A stretch of DNA of 64,000 nucleotides. It comes from Gemmatimonadota bacterium (GTDB taxonomy: Bacteria; Gemmatimonadota; Gemmatimonadetes; Palauibacterales; Palauibacteraceae). Positions 55,180-64,000 of this stretch are shown piece by piece (within the stretch, counting starts at the first letter, position 1; every line of letters starts with the position of its first letter). The translations under genes and the position numbers were made by a program. The notes beneath the pieces were generated by a model. The model had not been told where the DNA came from, made no database searches, and was given only the letters and a program-made list of their open reading frames with translations. The DNA is taken from positions 731 to 64,730 of the forward strand of contig JBATJK010000099.1 of the NCBI GenBank assembly GCA_049668445.1. Direction: 5' to 3'.

Positions 55180-56339
55180 CGCAGGCCTTCGTCCCTGGAC
55201 TCCGCCCCCCAACCGACCTTGAACGTCGGAACCGCGTACCGGTCGAAGAAGCGCCACATGCGCCGAGTGTGTCCGCGCTCGCGCGCCCGCAGTGAGGATG
55301 TCGCTACGATCACCAGGTCGAGACGAGGCACGACCACGATGAACTGGCCGCCGTACCCCCAGGCGAAGTACGCCCGCTCGCCACCCCAGCGACGCATCCA
55401 CCACAGATACCCGTATCCGTGACCGTTCCAGGGCGAAGACCCGGTCGGTCGCCAGGACGCCGTGATCCAGTCCTCCGGCACCAGCTGCTGCCCCTCGAAA
55501 CGCCCCCCGTTGGCGTACAGCTGACCGAACTTCAGCATGTCGCGCGGTCGCAGGGACATGTTGTTACCACCGAGGTATCGGCCCTGCGGATCTCGATCCC
55601 ATTCACCGAGGCCGATCCCCATGGGCCGGAACAGTTCATCGAGCATGTATCGGCGGAGGCTCTTCCCCGAGCGCCGGGTCAGGATCACGGACAGGAGGTG
55701 CGTGTTTCCCGTGGAGTACTCGTGGCAGTCGCCGGGATCGCAGATCATGGGGCGTCGCAACTGGTCGTACGCCCAGTCCGGTGACGCGGCCCACGCACCG
55801 TAGTTCCCGAAGGATGCCGTCTCGATGCCGGTTCGCATGCTCAGGACGTGCCTGAGCTCGATATCTTCCTTGCGCGGGTCGAGCGAGCCCCTCTGAGCCA
55901 GGATCTCGTAGTAGTCCGGGAGAAGCTCGGAGAGCGGCTGGTCCACGCCGTCCAGGAGGCCGTCCCTCAGTGCGATCCCCACCATCGGCGACAGCAGCGT
56001 CTTCGAGACCGACTTGACGTTGATCGTCTGAGACGGGCGGAGGCCCCGATAGTAGTTCTCCACCAGCACGCTGTCCCGCCGGGCCACGATCAGGCTGGTA
56101 AGGGCGCTCATGCCCTCCGCTTCAGCGAGCATGCGCGCCATGCGAGCGGCGTGAAACAGGGGAGGCGGCGGCGGACCGACCAGGGACCCGGTCAGCGAGT
56201 CCATGGCAGCCGTCTCGACGCCTTCCGGCTGTCCGGAAGCCGCCCCCTGTGCAAGCAGCGGCCGGGCCACGGCCGGCAGAAACGCCGCCAGGACCAACAT
56301 CGTGACGGAGAGAACGCGGCTCAGTTCGTACACTCGCAT
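55176..56339 (-). CDS. Serine hydrolase, beta-lactamase/transpeptidase fold (class C beta-lactamase-related / esterase family), secreted
   Basis: Signal peptide MRVYELSRVLSVTMLVLAAFLPAVARPLLAQG, active-site SxxK (NVKSVSKTLL), 387 aa. Confidence 0.8.
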   Translation of the reverse strand: MRVYELSRVLSVTMLVLAAFLPAVARPLLAQGAASGQPEGVETAAMDSLTGSLVGPPPPPLFHAARMARMLAEAEGMSALTSLIVARRDSVLVENYYRGLRPSQTINVKSVSKTLLSPMVGIALRDGLLDGVDQPLSELLPDYYEILAQRGSLDPRKEDIELRHVLSMRTGIETASFGNYGAWAASPDWAYDQLRRPMICDPGDCHEYSTGNTHLLSVILTRRSGKSLRRYMLDELFRPMGIGLGEWDRDPQGRYLGGNNMSLRPRDMLKFGQLYANGGRFEGQQLVPEDWITASWRPTGSSPWNGHGYGYLWWMRRWGGERAYFAWGYGGQFIVVVPRLDLVIVATSSLRARERGHTRRMWRFFDRYAVPTFKVGWGAESRDEGLR

Positions 56340-56391
56340 GACCTGAACCTAAACGAAGAACCCGGCCGAGTTCCGCCAGGCGCGCCGGATG

Positions 56392-57390
56392 TCACTCTGG
56401 TCTGCCGGCAAGATCATCCTGGGGATAGACTTCGTCCTCCGGCTCGACGATCGTCAGAGCGGGGGTCGGACGGCGGTGCACTCGGAGTTCGAACACATCG
56501 GGGCGTGCGTAGTTGCCGGCCACGTCGATCTGCCAGCGCGGCCCCACCAGTTGGTCCGGCCTGACGTCGGCGTAGAGGATCGTCTCTTCCTGGTCCGCGG
56601 GACCGGCTACGACCTTTCCGTCCGGATCGACGATGACGGTCCCCCCCGGATTCAGCCATCCTTCCATGGCTCCGAGGTACTTCTCCTTGAAGGCATAGCG
56701 GTCGGGTATGTCGTCCAGGTGAAACGCCTGGCAGCTGCCGAGCACGAATACCCGGCCCTCCTTCGCCACGTGCCGCATGGTGGACAGCCACGGCTCGCCC
56801 CGGTCCCAGGTGGGAGCGGCGTGGAGCTGGGCGCCCCACGCGCTGAGAGCGTATCGAGCCAGCGGCATGTAGTTCTCCCAGCAGATGAGTCCTCCCAGGC
56901 GTGCGAACGGAAGCTCGTACACCGCGAGGTCGCTGCCATCGCCCCGCCCCCACACCAGCTTCTCGGCGGTCGTCGGCACCAGCTTGCGGTGCTGACCCAG
57001 GACCGAACCGTCCGATCCGATATACAGGAGCGTGTTAAACAGCGTGGAATCGCTTGACTCCGAGTTACGCTCATTTACCCCTACAGCCACCGTGATATCG
57101 CACTCCGCGGCGACGGCTCCGAGCACCTCGGTCGCAGGACCTGGAATCGAAACCGAGTTCGCGTGGAGTTCGGTGTACAGTTCGCGGAGGGGGTGCGTGT
57201 GTCCGCCCGGCATGAACCAGACCCAGATCGGATAGCCTGGCAGGAAGGCCTCCGGAAACACGACGAGCCGAGCCCCTCCGTCGGCTGCCTCCCGAATCAG
57301 GCCACATGCTTTCTCGAGAGACGCTTCGAGATCGAGGAATACCGAGCTCGCCTGCACCGCGGCTATTCGAAAAGAGGTTGCCTGGTCCAC
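56392..57390 (-). CDS. Carbon-nitrogen hydrolase (nitrilase/aliphatic amidase family)
   Basis: MDQATSFRIAAVQASSVFLDLEASLEKACGLIREAADGGARLVVFPEAFLPGYP (catalytic Glu), …RKLVPT… (Lys), GGLICWENYMPLAR (Cys). Confidence 0.85.
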   Translation of the reverse strand: MDQATSFRIAAVQASSVFLDLEASLEKACGLIREAADGGARLVVFPEAFLPGYPIWVWFMPGGHTHPLRELYTELHANSVSIPGPATEVLGAVAAECDITVAVGVNERNSESSDSTLFNTLLYIGSDGSVLGQHRKLVPTTAEKLVWGRGDGSDLAVYELPFARLGGLICWENYMPLARYALSAWGAQLHAAPTWDRGEPWLSTMRHVAKEGRVFVLGSCQAFHLDDIPDRYAFKEKYLGAMEGWLNPGGTVIVDPDGKVVAGPADQEETILYADVRPDQLVGPRWQIDVAGNYARPDVFELRVHRRPTPALTIVEPEDEVYPQDDLAGRPE

Positions 57391-57409
57391 TCTATCTCCT
57401 CAGTCCGCC

Positions 57410-57784
57410 CTAGAAGAACTGGTCGATCAGGATCGGATTGCCGTCCGGATCGAGGAATGCGATGTGCGCCGGGCCGCTCGTACTCTCGTCGGCCTCTTCC
57501 GTGAGCTCGATGCCCTCGCTCTTCAGCGATCTTTGGATCTCTCTCACGTCGGTGAACTCGCCGAGCTGCTCCATGTCCGGCCCCGCGAGGCCGGGGTTGA
57601 AGGTAAGTATGTTCCTGTCGAACATTCCCTGGAACAGGCCGATTACCGTGCCCTGGTTCACCAGGATCAGGTAATTGTGTTCCTCGGCCCCGCCTGTCAC
57701 CTCGAAGCCGAGTTTTTCGTAGAAGGCCCTGGAAGCCGCGAGATCCTTCACGGTCAGACTGACGGAAAACGCTCCCAGATCCAT
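57410..57784 (-). CDS. VOC family protein (glyoxalase/bleomycin-resistance fold)
   Basis: 124 aa. [24 protein letters not shown]…[17 protein letters not shown]. Confidence 0.75.
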   Translation of the reverse strand: MDLGAFSVSLTVKDLAASRAFYEKLGFEVTGGAEEHNYLILVNQGTVIGLFQGMFDRNILTFNPGLAGPDMEQLGEFTDVREIQRSLKSEGIELTEEADESTSGPAHIAFLDPDGNPILIDQFF

Positions 57785-57787
57785 GAT

Positions 57788-58279
57788 CTATGCTCCTTGG
57801 CCGGACACGGCCTTGCTGCGTTCGATCGATTGCAGGACCAGGTATTTCTCTCCGAAGCGGTCGAGATTGTCGATCTCCTGGTCATACTGGTCGAAGTGCC
57901 GCTCTTCGTCGGCGACCAGTTCCTCGAAGACCTTCCGAGTCCCAGCATCGTTGTTGTGCGAGGCGATGTTGGCCCACTCGTTGTACTCCGCGACGCTCTC
58001 CTCCTCCATCTTGCGGGCCTGTACCAACATCTCTCGCACGTCAGTGATCTTCTTCACCTCGTGCGACGGCCTCATCTCGACATCGCCGCCCAGGAAGAGG
58101 ATACGCTCCGCCGCTACTTCGACGTGCAACATTTCGTCGATCGATGTCTTCTTGAACAGACCCGCAAGGAGATCGTATCCCTGGTCGTCGCAATGGAAAT
58201 GGAAGTACATGTACTGGTGAATGGCCGAAAGCTCGTCCGCCACCACTCCGTTCAGCAGTTCGATGCTCTTCTCTTTCAT
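57788..58279 (-). CDS. bfr: Bacterioferritin
   Basis: Internal start MKEKSIELLNGVVADELSAIHQYMYFHFHCDDQGYDLLAGLFKKTSIDEMLHVEVAAERILFLGGDV… (ferritin-like di-iron helices). About 161 aa. Confidence 0.85.
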   Translation of the reverse strand: MKEKSIELLNGVVADELSAIHQYMYFHFHCDDQGYDLLAGLFKKTSIDEMLHVEVAAERILFLGGDVEMRPSHEVKKITDVREMLVQARKMEEESVAEYNEWANIASHNNDAGTRKVFEELVADEERHFDQYDQEIDNLDRFGEKYLVLQSIERSKAVSGQGA

Positions 58280-58380
58280 GGTTCTCTCGATGCAATGGGT
58301 GATTCCGCCTGCCGCGCATACCTCCGCCGCGCACGCGCCTGCGCCTTCTCGGCCTGCACCGCGCGGCTCAGCGTGGGGAG

Positions 58381-58440
58381 TATAACAGCTCCAAATTGAA
58401 TAGTGGATTGATGTTATGGCATACAATATTATCCATTTTC
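58381..58440 (-). promoter_or_regulatory. AT-rich promoter island upstream of bfr with Fur-box-like hexamer repeats
   Basis: tataacagctccaaattgaatagtggattgatgttatggcatacaatattatccattttcttaag is the most AT-rich 60 nt in the window. It contains TGATTGATGTTAT and AATATTATCC, which resemble GATAAT/ATTATC Fur half-sites. Confidence 0.3.
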
Positions 58441-59019
58441 TTAAGTATTCTCAGTCCGCCATGGCTCCAACGCGGACAGCACTTCGCTGGACTGCACGAC
58501 CACAGCGAACTCCCCGTGCAGGTTGGCCAGCGAGACCGCGTGAACGAGTTCTGCGGGGTGGGAGACTCCGTCGGGTCCAGCGCGATCGAACGTGGCCGTG
58601 GCGTCTGCGACAACGAAGGTCTCGAACCCCAGGTTCCCGGCCATACGGGCGGTCGTCGAGACACAGTGATTGGTGGTCAGGCCCACCATGACCAGGGACT
58701 CGACCCCCTCCGACCGCAGGTGGTCTTCCAGCCCGGTGCCGATGAAGGCACTGTTGACGCTCTTCTGAAACAGTGGCTCCCCTTCCCTGGGCTCCGCCTG
58801 CGGCTTGATTTCGACTCCGGGCTGTCCCGGTCCCAGCGCCGACCCCGGCTCGACCGAGACATGCTGGGCGTGGACCACGGGCCAGCCAGCCGCCCTCCAG
58901 GCCTCGAGGAGGCTGGCGATGACGCTCTCCGCCTCGGGGTTATTGCGAGCTCCCCAGCCTGGAGCGTCAAAGCCCTTCTGCACGTCGATTACCAGCAGAG
59001 CTGCGCCATGCGGAACCAT
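58441..59019 (-). CDS. Isochorismatase-family cysteine hydrolase
   Basis: Internal start MVPHGAALLVIDVQKGFDAPGW…LVMVGLTTNHCVSTTARMA (catalytic Cys). Confidence 0.8.
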   Translation of the reverse strand: MVPHGAALLVIDVQKGFDAPGWGARNNPEAESVIASLLEAWRAAGWPVVHAQHVSVEPGSALGPGQPGVEIKPQAEPREGEPLFQKSVNSAFIGTGLEDHLRSEGVESLVMVGLTTNHCVSTTARMAGNLGFETFVVADATATFDRAGPDGVSHPAELVHAVSLANLHGEFAVVVQSSEVLSALEPWRTENT

Positions 59020-59021
59020 GT

Positions 59022-59573
59022 TCACTCTTCCTCGAGACTCGTCATCGGGTCCTCGCCGAACCGTCCATACAGCAGGCGGACGACACCGTTTTCCCATGCC
59101 GTGACGTCCCGGAGTTCCAGCTCTCCCGCCGGAAATGGTGCGGGAAAGAGGGGAACGCCTGCCCCGAGCCAGACCGGCATCACGAACACCTCGTACTCGT
59201 CGACCGCTCCGAGGCGCTCGAACTCGCGAATGGCCTGTCCGCCGCCGATCAGCCAGCAGTCTCCCTCGAGATCGCGGTCCGCGAGGTGCGCGGCCAGCTC
59301 CCGGGGCGTCCCGCTCCAGGGGAAGGCGCGCTCGGGCATGCCGTCGATCGGGGCGTGGCTGAGAACGTAGACATCGTGATCGGGATACGGCCACTCACCG
59401 AAGTCCAACACCTGCTCATACGTAATCCTGCCCATGACGGCGCAGGAGATCTCCCGGATAAACGACTCGTAGCCGTAGTCCGCGTCGAAGAACGGCTCCA
59501 GCCAGTCGACCGCTCCGTCCGGGGTCGCGATGTAGCCGTCGAGGCTCATCGCGATATAGACCCGAAAGCGCAC
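59022..59573 (-). CDS. Dihydrofolate reductase family protein (RibD C-terminal-like / YwjB)
   Basis: MRFRVYIAMSLDGYIATPDGAVDWL…VMGRITYE…CWLIGGGQAIREF. Confidence 0.8.
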   Translation of the reverse strand: MRFRVYIAMSLDGYIATPDGAVDWLEPFFDADYGYESFIREISCAVMGRITYEQVLDFGEWPYPDHDVYVLSHAPIDGMPERAFPWSGTPRELAAHLADRDLEGDCWLIGGGQAIREFERLGAVDEYEVFVMPVWLGAGVPLFPAPFPAGELELRDVTAWENGVVRLLYGRFGEDPMTSLEEE

Positions 59574-59576
59574 GGG

Positions 59577-59867
59577 TCAGTGGAACTGGGGGTGACCGCC
59601 CTCGGGCGCGATCACCTCACCGTAGTTGGCTTCGTACTTCTGCATGTTGTCGACGAGGGCCGAGAGGATGCGCTTCATGTGCCCCGGACTCACCATCACA
59701 CGGGAGACCAGCTGGGTTCCGTTGGGAGCACTGAGAAGGAAGTCCAGGATGAACTCCTCCCTGGTGTGCGTGACCAGCATGTTGTTGCTGTACCGGCCTC
59801 GCGCGACCTCGTCGTTCGCGTTGATCTGCACCTGTGGCGCAGCGGGGCGAGTCGGGTTGTCTGCCAT
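59577..59867 (-). CDS. DUF3467 family protein
   Basis: 96 aa. …INANDEVARGRYSNNMLVTHTREEFILDFLL…MVSPGHMKRILSALVDNMQKYE. Confidence 0.55.
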   Translation of the reverse strand: MADNPTRPAAPQVQINANDEVARGRYSNNMLVTHTREEFILDFLLSAPNGTQLVSRVMVSPGHMKRILSALVDNMQKYEANYGEVIAPEGGHPQFH

Positions 59868-59940
59868 CGGGAACCGGCTCCGTGGAATCTGATTGTGAGT
59901 CTGCGGCGAGAGCGGAACCTAACACGGGCTCCGCCAGGAG

Positions 59941-60378
59941 TCAGCCACTCCGCGGGCAGTCCCTGAGGTCCGCGCTGCCGCTTCCACCCCCCCGCCAGAC
60001 CAGGAAGGCCGCCATGGCCATGACCGCGAGCGGTACCACGGGTTCGTTTGGCTGAAGCGGAAACATGAAGGGGTCGTCCACCACCACGTGCACATATGCG
60101 GCGACGGACATGATGGCGACGATCACGAGCGCTACGATCCGCGTGAAAGCCCCTACCAGTAGCGCCAGGCCCGACGCGATCTCCACGATGGGCACGACCC
60201 ACTTCACCAGCCAGATCAGCGGGATCCCGGAAGCGACGAGCTGTCCGGAGAAGGCCTCTCCCAGCATGGGGACGGCCAACTTCATCACGCCCGTCATCAG
60301 GAACAGCGCGCCAAGGGCCATGCGTATGGCGCCGGCGAAGCTGTCATCGCTGGTCTGGCGCAGGCTTCGGACATCCAT
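59941..60378 (-). CDS. DoxX family membrane protein
   Basis: 145 aa, four TM: …IRMALGALFLMTGVMKLAVP…IPLIWLVKWVVPIVEIASGLALLVGAFTRIVALVI. Confidence 0.7.
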   Translation of the reverse strand: MDVRSLRQTSDDSFAGAIRMALGALFLMTGVMKLAVPMLGEAFSGQLVASGIPLIWLVKWVVPIVEIASGLALLVGAFTRIVALVIVAIMSVAAYVHVVVDDPFMFPLQPNEPVVPLAVMAMAAFLVWRGGGSGSADLRDCPRSG

Positions 60379-60405
60379 GGATCGAAGTCTCTTTCGGGCC
60401 GCTAC

Positions 60406-61542
60406 TCAAGACTCGGTTATCGTACACTCCCACTGAATGTTCCTTTTGGCGAGCCCTTCGAGCAAGTCGGCGTGACAACCCTCCGTGCGGCCCACGAATT
60501 CCGGCGGGTTGATTCCCGGCCTGCGGAACAGGCCCTTCGCTACCTGCCGAGCGACCACCGTGCACGTGTACCCCGTCGTGCGGGCCATCGACGTGGTGCC
60601 GGTCGCAGGGTCGTAGGAATCCAGCAAGTCGTACGTATGGGTAACCGCTTTTCCGTCGAGCAGCCCCTGCACGATCACTTGCATCACCGTGAGGTCCTCT
60701 TCTCCCTCCCCCAGCTTCCAGTGCTCGAAGATGATCGCGGACGTAAGGTCCCTGGGAACGACGGTCTGCCCACCCACGTCGAGCGGCTCCTCGTCCAGGA
60801 AGCCCGTGTCCCTGAACACCTGCATGAGTTCGGCATGTCCCGGGTATCGGAGCGTCATCTCCTTCATGTCCGGGATGTCCATCGTTCGGACCAGTGAGCG
60901 GAGGCCGTCCGTATTGAAGGCCTCCAGCGTGCCGATGCCGCGAAAATCGATGAGCTCCCGACCGGAGAGGGCCGGTCGAACGACCTCCAGCCCGTTCTCC
61001 ACCAGGCGCGCTGGCCGGGTGTACTCTTCGAGCACATCCGCCGGCGAGAAGCAGGCCTTGTACTCGAACGGCCAGGTGCGCTGTTTCGGCAGTCCGCCGA
61101 CGTAGCAGCGGTAGCTGTCGATTCTGTCCAGACGGGTGTCGAGGTAGCCGAGCGTCACGTTGCAGAGGCCGGGCGCCACTCCACAGTCGACGACGGCGGT
61201 TACCTGCCGCTCGCGCGCCAGGTCGTCCAGAAGGAATGGGTCCTCAGGAAAAAAGGCGATATCCACGACGTCCCGCTCCGCCTCGATCACCGCCCGAAGC
61301 GTCTCGAATCCCATGAAGCCCGGCACGGCGTTGATCACCAGGTCCGCTTCCGCCACCACATCCCGAACGGTCTCCGGCCGGCCGAGGTCGGCCACGCGGG
61401 TACGGACGCCATCGGTTCCAGCCAGTCGTTTCAGCGCCGAGCCGTCTCGATCGACGGCCTCGACCTCGTGCTCTCCGTCGCGGGCCAGATCCAGGACCAT
61501 TGCGTGCCCCACCATACCGGCTCCCAAGACCGTGATTCTCAT
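60406..61542 (-). CDS. Saccharopine dehydrogenase family NAD(P)-binding protein
   Basis: MRITVLGAGMVGHAMVLDLARDG Rossmann start, …VINAVPGFMGFETLRAVIEAERDVVDIAFF…, C-terminal Sacchrp_dh_C-like region. Confidence 0.8.
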   Translation of the reverse strand: MRITVLGAGMVGHAMVLDLARDGEHEVEAVDRDGSALKRLAGTDGVRTRVADLGRPETVRDVVAEADLVINAVPGFMGFETLRAVIEAERDVVDIAFFPEDPFLLDDLARERQVTAVVDCGVAPGLCNVTLGYLDTRLDRIDSYRCYVGGLPKQRTWPFEYKACFSPADVLEEYTRPARLVENGLEVVRPALSGRELIDFRGIGTLEAFNTDGLRSLVRTMDIPDMKEMTLRYPGHAELMQVFRDTGFLDEEPLDVGGQTVVPRDLTSAIIFEHWKLGEGEEDLTVMQVIVQGLLDGKAVTHTYDLLDSYDPATGTTSMARTTGYTCTVVARQVAKGLFRRPGINPPEFVGRTEGCHADLLEGLAKRNIQWECTITES

Positions 61543-61585
61543 CGCTTGACTCCAGGCCGGGCCGAGGTCGGCCGGCAGAGCGGGT

Positions 61586-62620
61586 TCAAAGTGACTGGTC
61601 GTCCACCTTCTTCACGAACTCGATCAGCCCCTGAAAATAGGTCTCCTGATCGTCGTAGGGAGCCAGGTGACTGCCGTTCTCACAGTAGAGGTAGCTGCCG
61701 TTGGGAAACTGCCCGGCCATCCACTCCATGTGCGCCGGATCCATCGTGTCGTATTGGGCCCCGATCACCAGCGTGGGGGTCTGGATCTCCGACAGATCGG
61801 CTGAGCGATCCCATTCCTCCAGCGTTCCACGCAGTCCGAGCTCACTGGGGCCCTGCATCATCACGTAGATGTCCGGATTGATCTTGGAGAACGAGCGATT
61901 CACGGGCTCCGGCCAGTCTTCGAGCGGCATGCGGAGGACGTGATGCACGTAGTGCTGCTCCATCAGGAGCTCAACGTACCTGGGGTTTCCGAAGTCCTCA
62001 GCCGCCTCGAACGCCTCGAGCTCGGCCAGCGCCTCCGGGTCCATGGCCGGCTTGAGCACGTCGTTGGCGTACGCGTTGTAGGCCGGCCCGCTGGACATCA
62101 TGTTCGAGATGATCAGGCCCTTCAGGTGATCCTGGTACTTCAGCGCATACTCGATGGCCAGTATTCCGCCCCAGGACTGTCCGTACAGATAGAAATTGTC
62201 CGGCCCGAGGCCGAGCGCCTGACGAACCTGTTCCACCTCCTCCACGAAGCGGCCGACCTCCCACAGGGACGGATCATCGGGCTGGTCCGAGAAGTTGGAG
62301 CCCAGCTGGTCGTAGTAGTAGTACTCGATCCCGGCGTTCGGGAAGTAGCTGTCGAAGGCCTCGAGGTACTCGTGGGTGGCTCCCGGGCCTCCGTGCAGGA
62401 GAAGCACCTTCATCGTCGGGTGATTCCCGATTCGCTTCGTCCACACGTTGAAGGTGCCCACCGGCGTCTCGATCGGAATCAACCGCGCCCCTCCACTCAA
62501 CACATCGTCGCGGCTCGAGTAGTCGAGATAACCATCAGCGCCCGGCGTGTCCTGCGGCACCTCAGCCTGACACGCGAGCGCAACGACGCACGAGAGAGTG
62601 AGCAACAAGGATCGGTTCAC
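61586..62620 (-). CDS. Alpha/beta hydrolase, proline iminopeptidase (S33) family, lipoprotein/secreted
   Basis: Leader MNRSLLLTLSCVVALAC. …KVLLLHGGPGATHEYLEAFD…NFYLYGQSWGGILAIEYA (GxSxG nucleophile elbow). Confidence 0.8.
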   Translation of the reverse strand: MNRSLLLTLSCVVALACQAEVPQDTPGADGYLDYSSRDDVLSGGARLIPIETPVGTFNVWTKRIGNHPTMKVLLLHGGPGATHEYLEAFDSYFPNAGIEYYYYDQLGSNFSDQPDDPSLWEVGRFVEEVEQVRQALGLGPDNFYLYGQSWGGILAIEYALKYQDHLKGLIISNMMSSGPAYNAYANDVLKPAMDPEALAELEAFEAAEDFGNPRYVELLMEQHYVHHVLRMPLEDWPEPVNRSFSKINPDIYVMMQGPSELGLRGTLEEWDRSADLSEIQTPTLVIGAQYDTMDPAHMEWMAGQFPNGSYLYCENGSHLAPYDDQETYFQGLIEFVKKVDDQSL

Positions 62621-62631
62621 GTTGACCTCCG

Positions 62632-63645
62632 CTAACGGGGTGCGTTTCCGGCCGCACCTGCGGCCAGTGACATTCGATCATAGACGGCTTCCAGGTCCGC
62701 CCGGGCAAGCACGCGCCGTCCCTCCGACATCTCGCCCCCCCACAGGACGAGTCGAATCTGCCCGTCGGCCAGTTCGATCCCGGTGATCCGCCCATCCTGG
62801 AAGCAGCAACATCCCGAATTGAACAGGTTTGGGGCCGGCGATTCATCCTCGCGCGGTGGCCCGCACGGCGCCTCGTCACCGAGCCAGCCCCGATCTGTGC
62901 AGTCCGATACGATCTCGTCCCAGAACACCTGGTCCTCCGCTCGATTCCGGATCTCCTCCATGTCGAGGCCGAGTCTCCGCTCCAACTCGTCTACGATCGC
63001 AACCGACGCGAACACCGGGCGATGCGTGTGCCCGGCGATCAGCAGGAGATTCTCATGTCCCTCCGCCCAGCGTCGCATGGCCCGGTGATGTCTCTCCCGG
63101 ACCTTCCGATTCTTGGAGGGCGTATTTCGAGACACGGCCGTCAGATGCTGGATGGGCTTCCACACGAACCGCACCGTGAACCGGGCCAGGAACGCGAGAC
63201 CATCGCTCATTCCAGTTCCCTGGTGTCCATGGACGAGGAACAGGCCGCCCAGGCTGCGGTCTCCCAACCGCACGTCGAGCAGCAGTGACTCCCGAACTTC
63301 GAGTGGTCTTCCAGGATGCGCGGGGCCGAGTTCATGTCGCACGGCAGATGGAGAAGCCCATTCCTCGTCGTGGTTTCCCCAGAAGCGGATCAGGCGACCG
63401 TCGGCGTGGAAGGAAGATTCGGCAGCGTACACGTCCTCATAGGCCGCGATGACCGAATCGACCCGGCTCTTCCACAACTCCTCGACGTCACCGAGCAGCG
63501 CCAGCGTGTAGCGCTCGCGGTCGTAGTAAGCGAGAGCGCGGGTGTAGGCCGACTCACAGCGGCGAAAGTCGTCTGCCCTGTCCCGCTTTCCCCTGTGCAT
63601 GTCCGACAGAACCACGAGCCGGTCTGACGCGACGTCGATCGGCAT
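62632..63645 (-). CDS. Metallophosphoesterase (calcineurin-like)
   Basis: Probable start MPIDVASDRLVVLSDMHRG (motif I D-x-H), …LLGDVEELW (GD), GNHDEEW (GNHD/E), LVHGHQG, AGHTHRP. Confidence 0.7.
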   Translation of the reverse strand: MPIDVASDRLVVLSDMHRGKRDRADDFRRCESAYTRALAYYDRERYTLALLGDVEELWKSRVDSVIAAYEDVYAAESSFHADGRLIRFWGNHDEEWASPSAVRHELGPAHPGRPLEVRESLLLDVRLGDRSLGGLFLVHGHQGTGMSDGLAFLARFTVRFVWKPIQHLTAVSRNTPSKNRKVRERHHRAMRRWAEGHENLLLIAGHTHRPVFASVAIVDELERRLGLDMEEIRNRAEDQVFWDEIVSDCTDRGWLGDEAPCGPPREDESPAPNLFNSGCCCFQDGRITGIELADGQIRLVLWGGEMSEGRRVLARADLEAVYDRMSLAAGAAGNAPR

Positions 63646-64000
63646 CGGGACTTCTCCTCGATGCCCGGGCGCGCGACGTGCCCGCCACAGAGCCGCGGAC
63701 AGCCCGGCGGCGACTCGCGCATCATAGATGCTGGGACCGGAGCGGGGCCTTCGCTTCCCCATTCGCCCCCTCGGCGTGTTCAAGGGTGGGTTGAACGCCC
63801 GTCAATCTGCGACAGGCGCGAGGCCATGCCAATGGTCCGACGCCTGGGACTTCGGGTTCTGGCCGGCGGGGACGATTGAGACGCCTCAGGGAGCGTCGCC
63901 GTCTGCTTCCGCGACGCCGTCCGACCTCAGGAGCGCCGGGTCCAACGTCGGCATTCGGATCATCATCCACGTCGCTCCAATAGCCGGCGCGAGAAGGACG

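Noticed and set aside
63722-63970. 82-aa minus-strand ORF at the window end
   Set aside because: Highly Arg-rich and overlapping the metallophosphoesterase 5' region. It is probably non-coding and cannot be assessed without downstream sequence.
1-64000. CRISPR arrays, IS elements, integrases and prophage genes
   Set aside because: I scanned intergenic regions and the ORF list and found none. No regularly spaced direct repeats, and no transposase, recombinase or phage structural families are recognisable.

Overview
This is a high-GC (roughly 65-70%) bacterial chromosomal segment with almost all genes on the minus strand and many 4-nt ATGA start/stop overlaps. It is mostly core and housekeeping content with accessory enzymes and secreted lipoproteins in between.

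Main gene blocks:
- (i) A tripartite RND efflux operon of membrane-fusion protein, TolC-like outer-membrane factor and two tandem RND permeases (572..9657). It is followed by a partial NHL-repeat lipoprotein that runs off the window start.
- (ii) A Ca2+/H+ antiporter, a tRNA-Cys(GCA) and a 600-aa putative outer-membrane beta-barrel protein.
- (iii) The Firmicute-like cluster folD-xseA-xseB-ispA-nadK-recN, followed by rny (RNase Y).
- (iv) zapA-pheT-pheS-rplT-rpmI-infC.
- (v) A cell-wall sugar salvage pair in which an AmgK-type anomeric sugar kinase is fused to a RapZ C-terminal domain, next to a MurU-type nucleotidyltransferase.
- (vi) A 2xCDGSH Fe-S protein, a class-V PLP enzyme, an AI-2E transporter, cls, mtnA-phzF-ytxJ, nitronate monooxygenase, an MBL hydrolase, thrS and a cupin.
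- (vii) A run of mostly secreted or accessory genes: GH97 glycosidase, AMMECR1, SAM methyltransferase, two NTF2-like secreted paralogs around a HAD hydrolase, and DUF885.
- (viii) A four-gene operon ending in a close homolog of eukaryotic DNPH1 (2'-deoxynucleoside 5'-phosphate N-hydrolase).
- (ix) Nitrilase, VOC, bacterioferritin, isochorismatase-family, DHFR-family, DUF3467, DoxX, saccharopine dehydrogenase, proline iminopeptidase and a metallophosphoesterase.

No CRISPR array, transposase, integrase or rRNA is visible.

I consider two items the most novel:
- The AmgK::RapZ_C fusion with MurU.
- The beta-lactamase-fold / two small TM proteins / DNPH1 operon.

All family assignments rest on reading motifs in the six-frame track translations, so they need HMM confirmation. 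Internal start-codon positions are approximate (about +/-3 nt).
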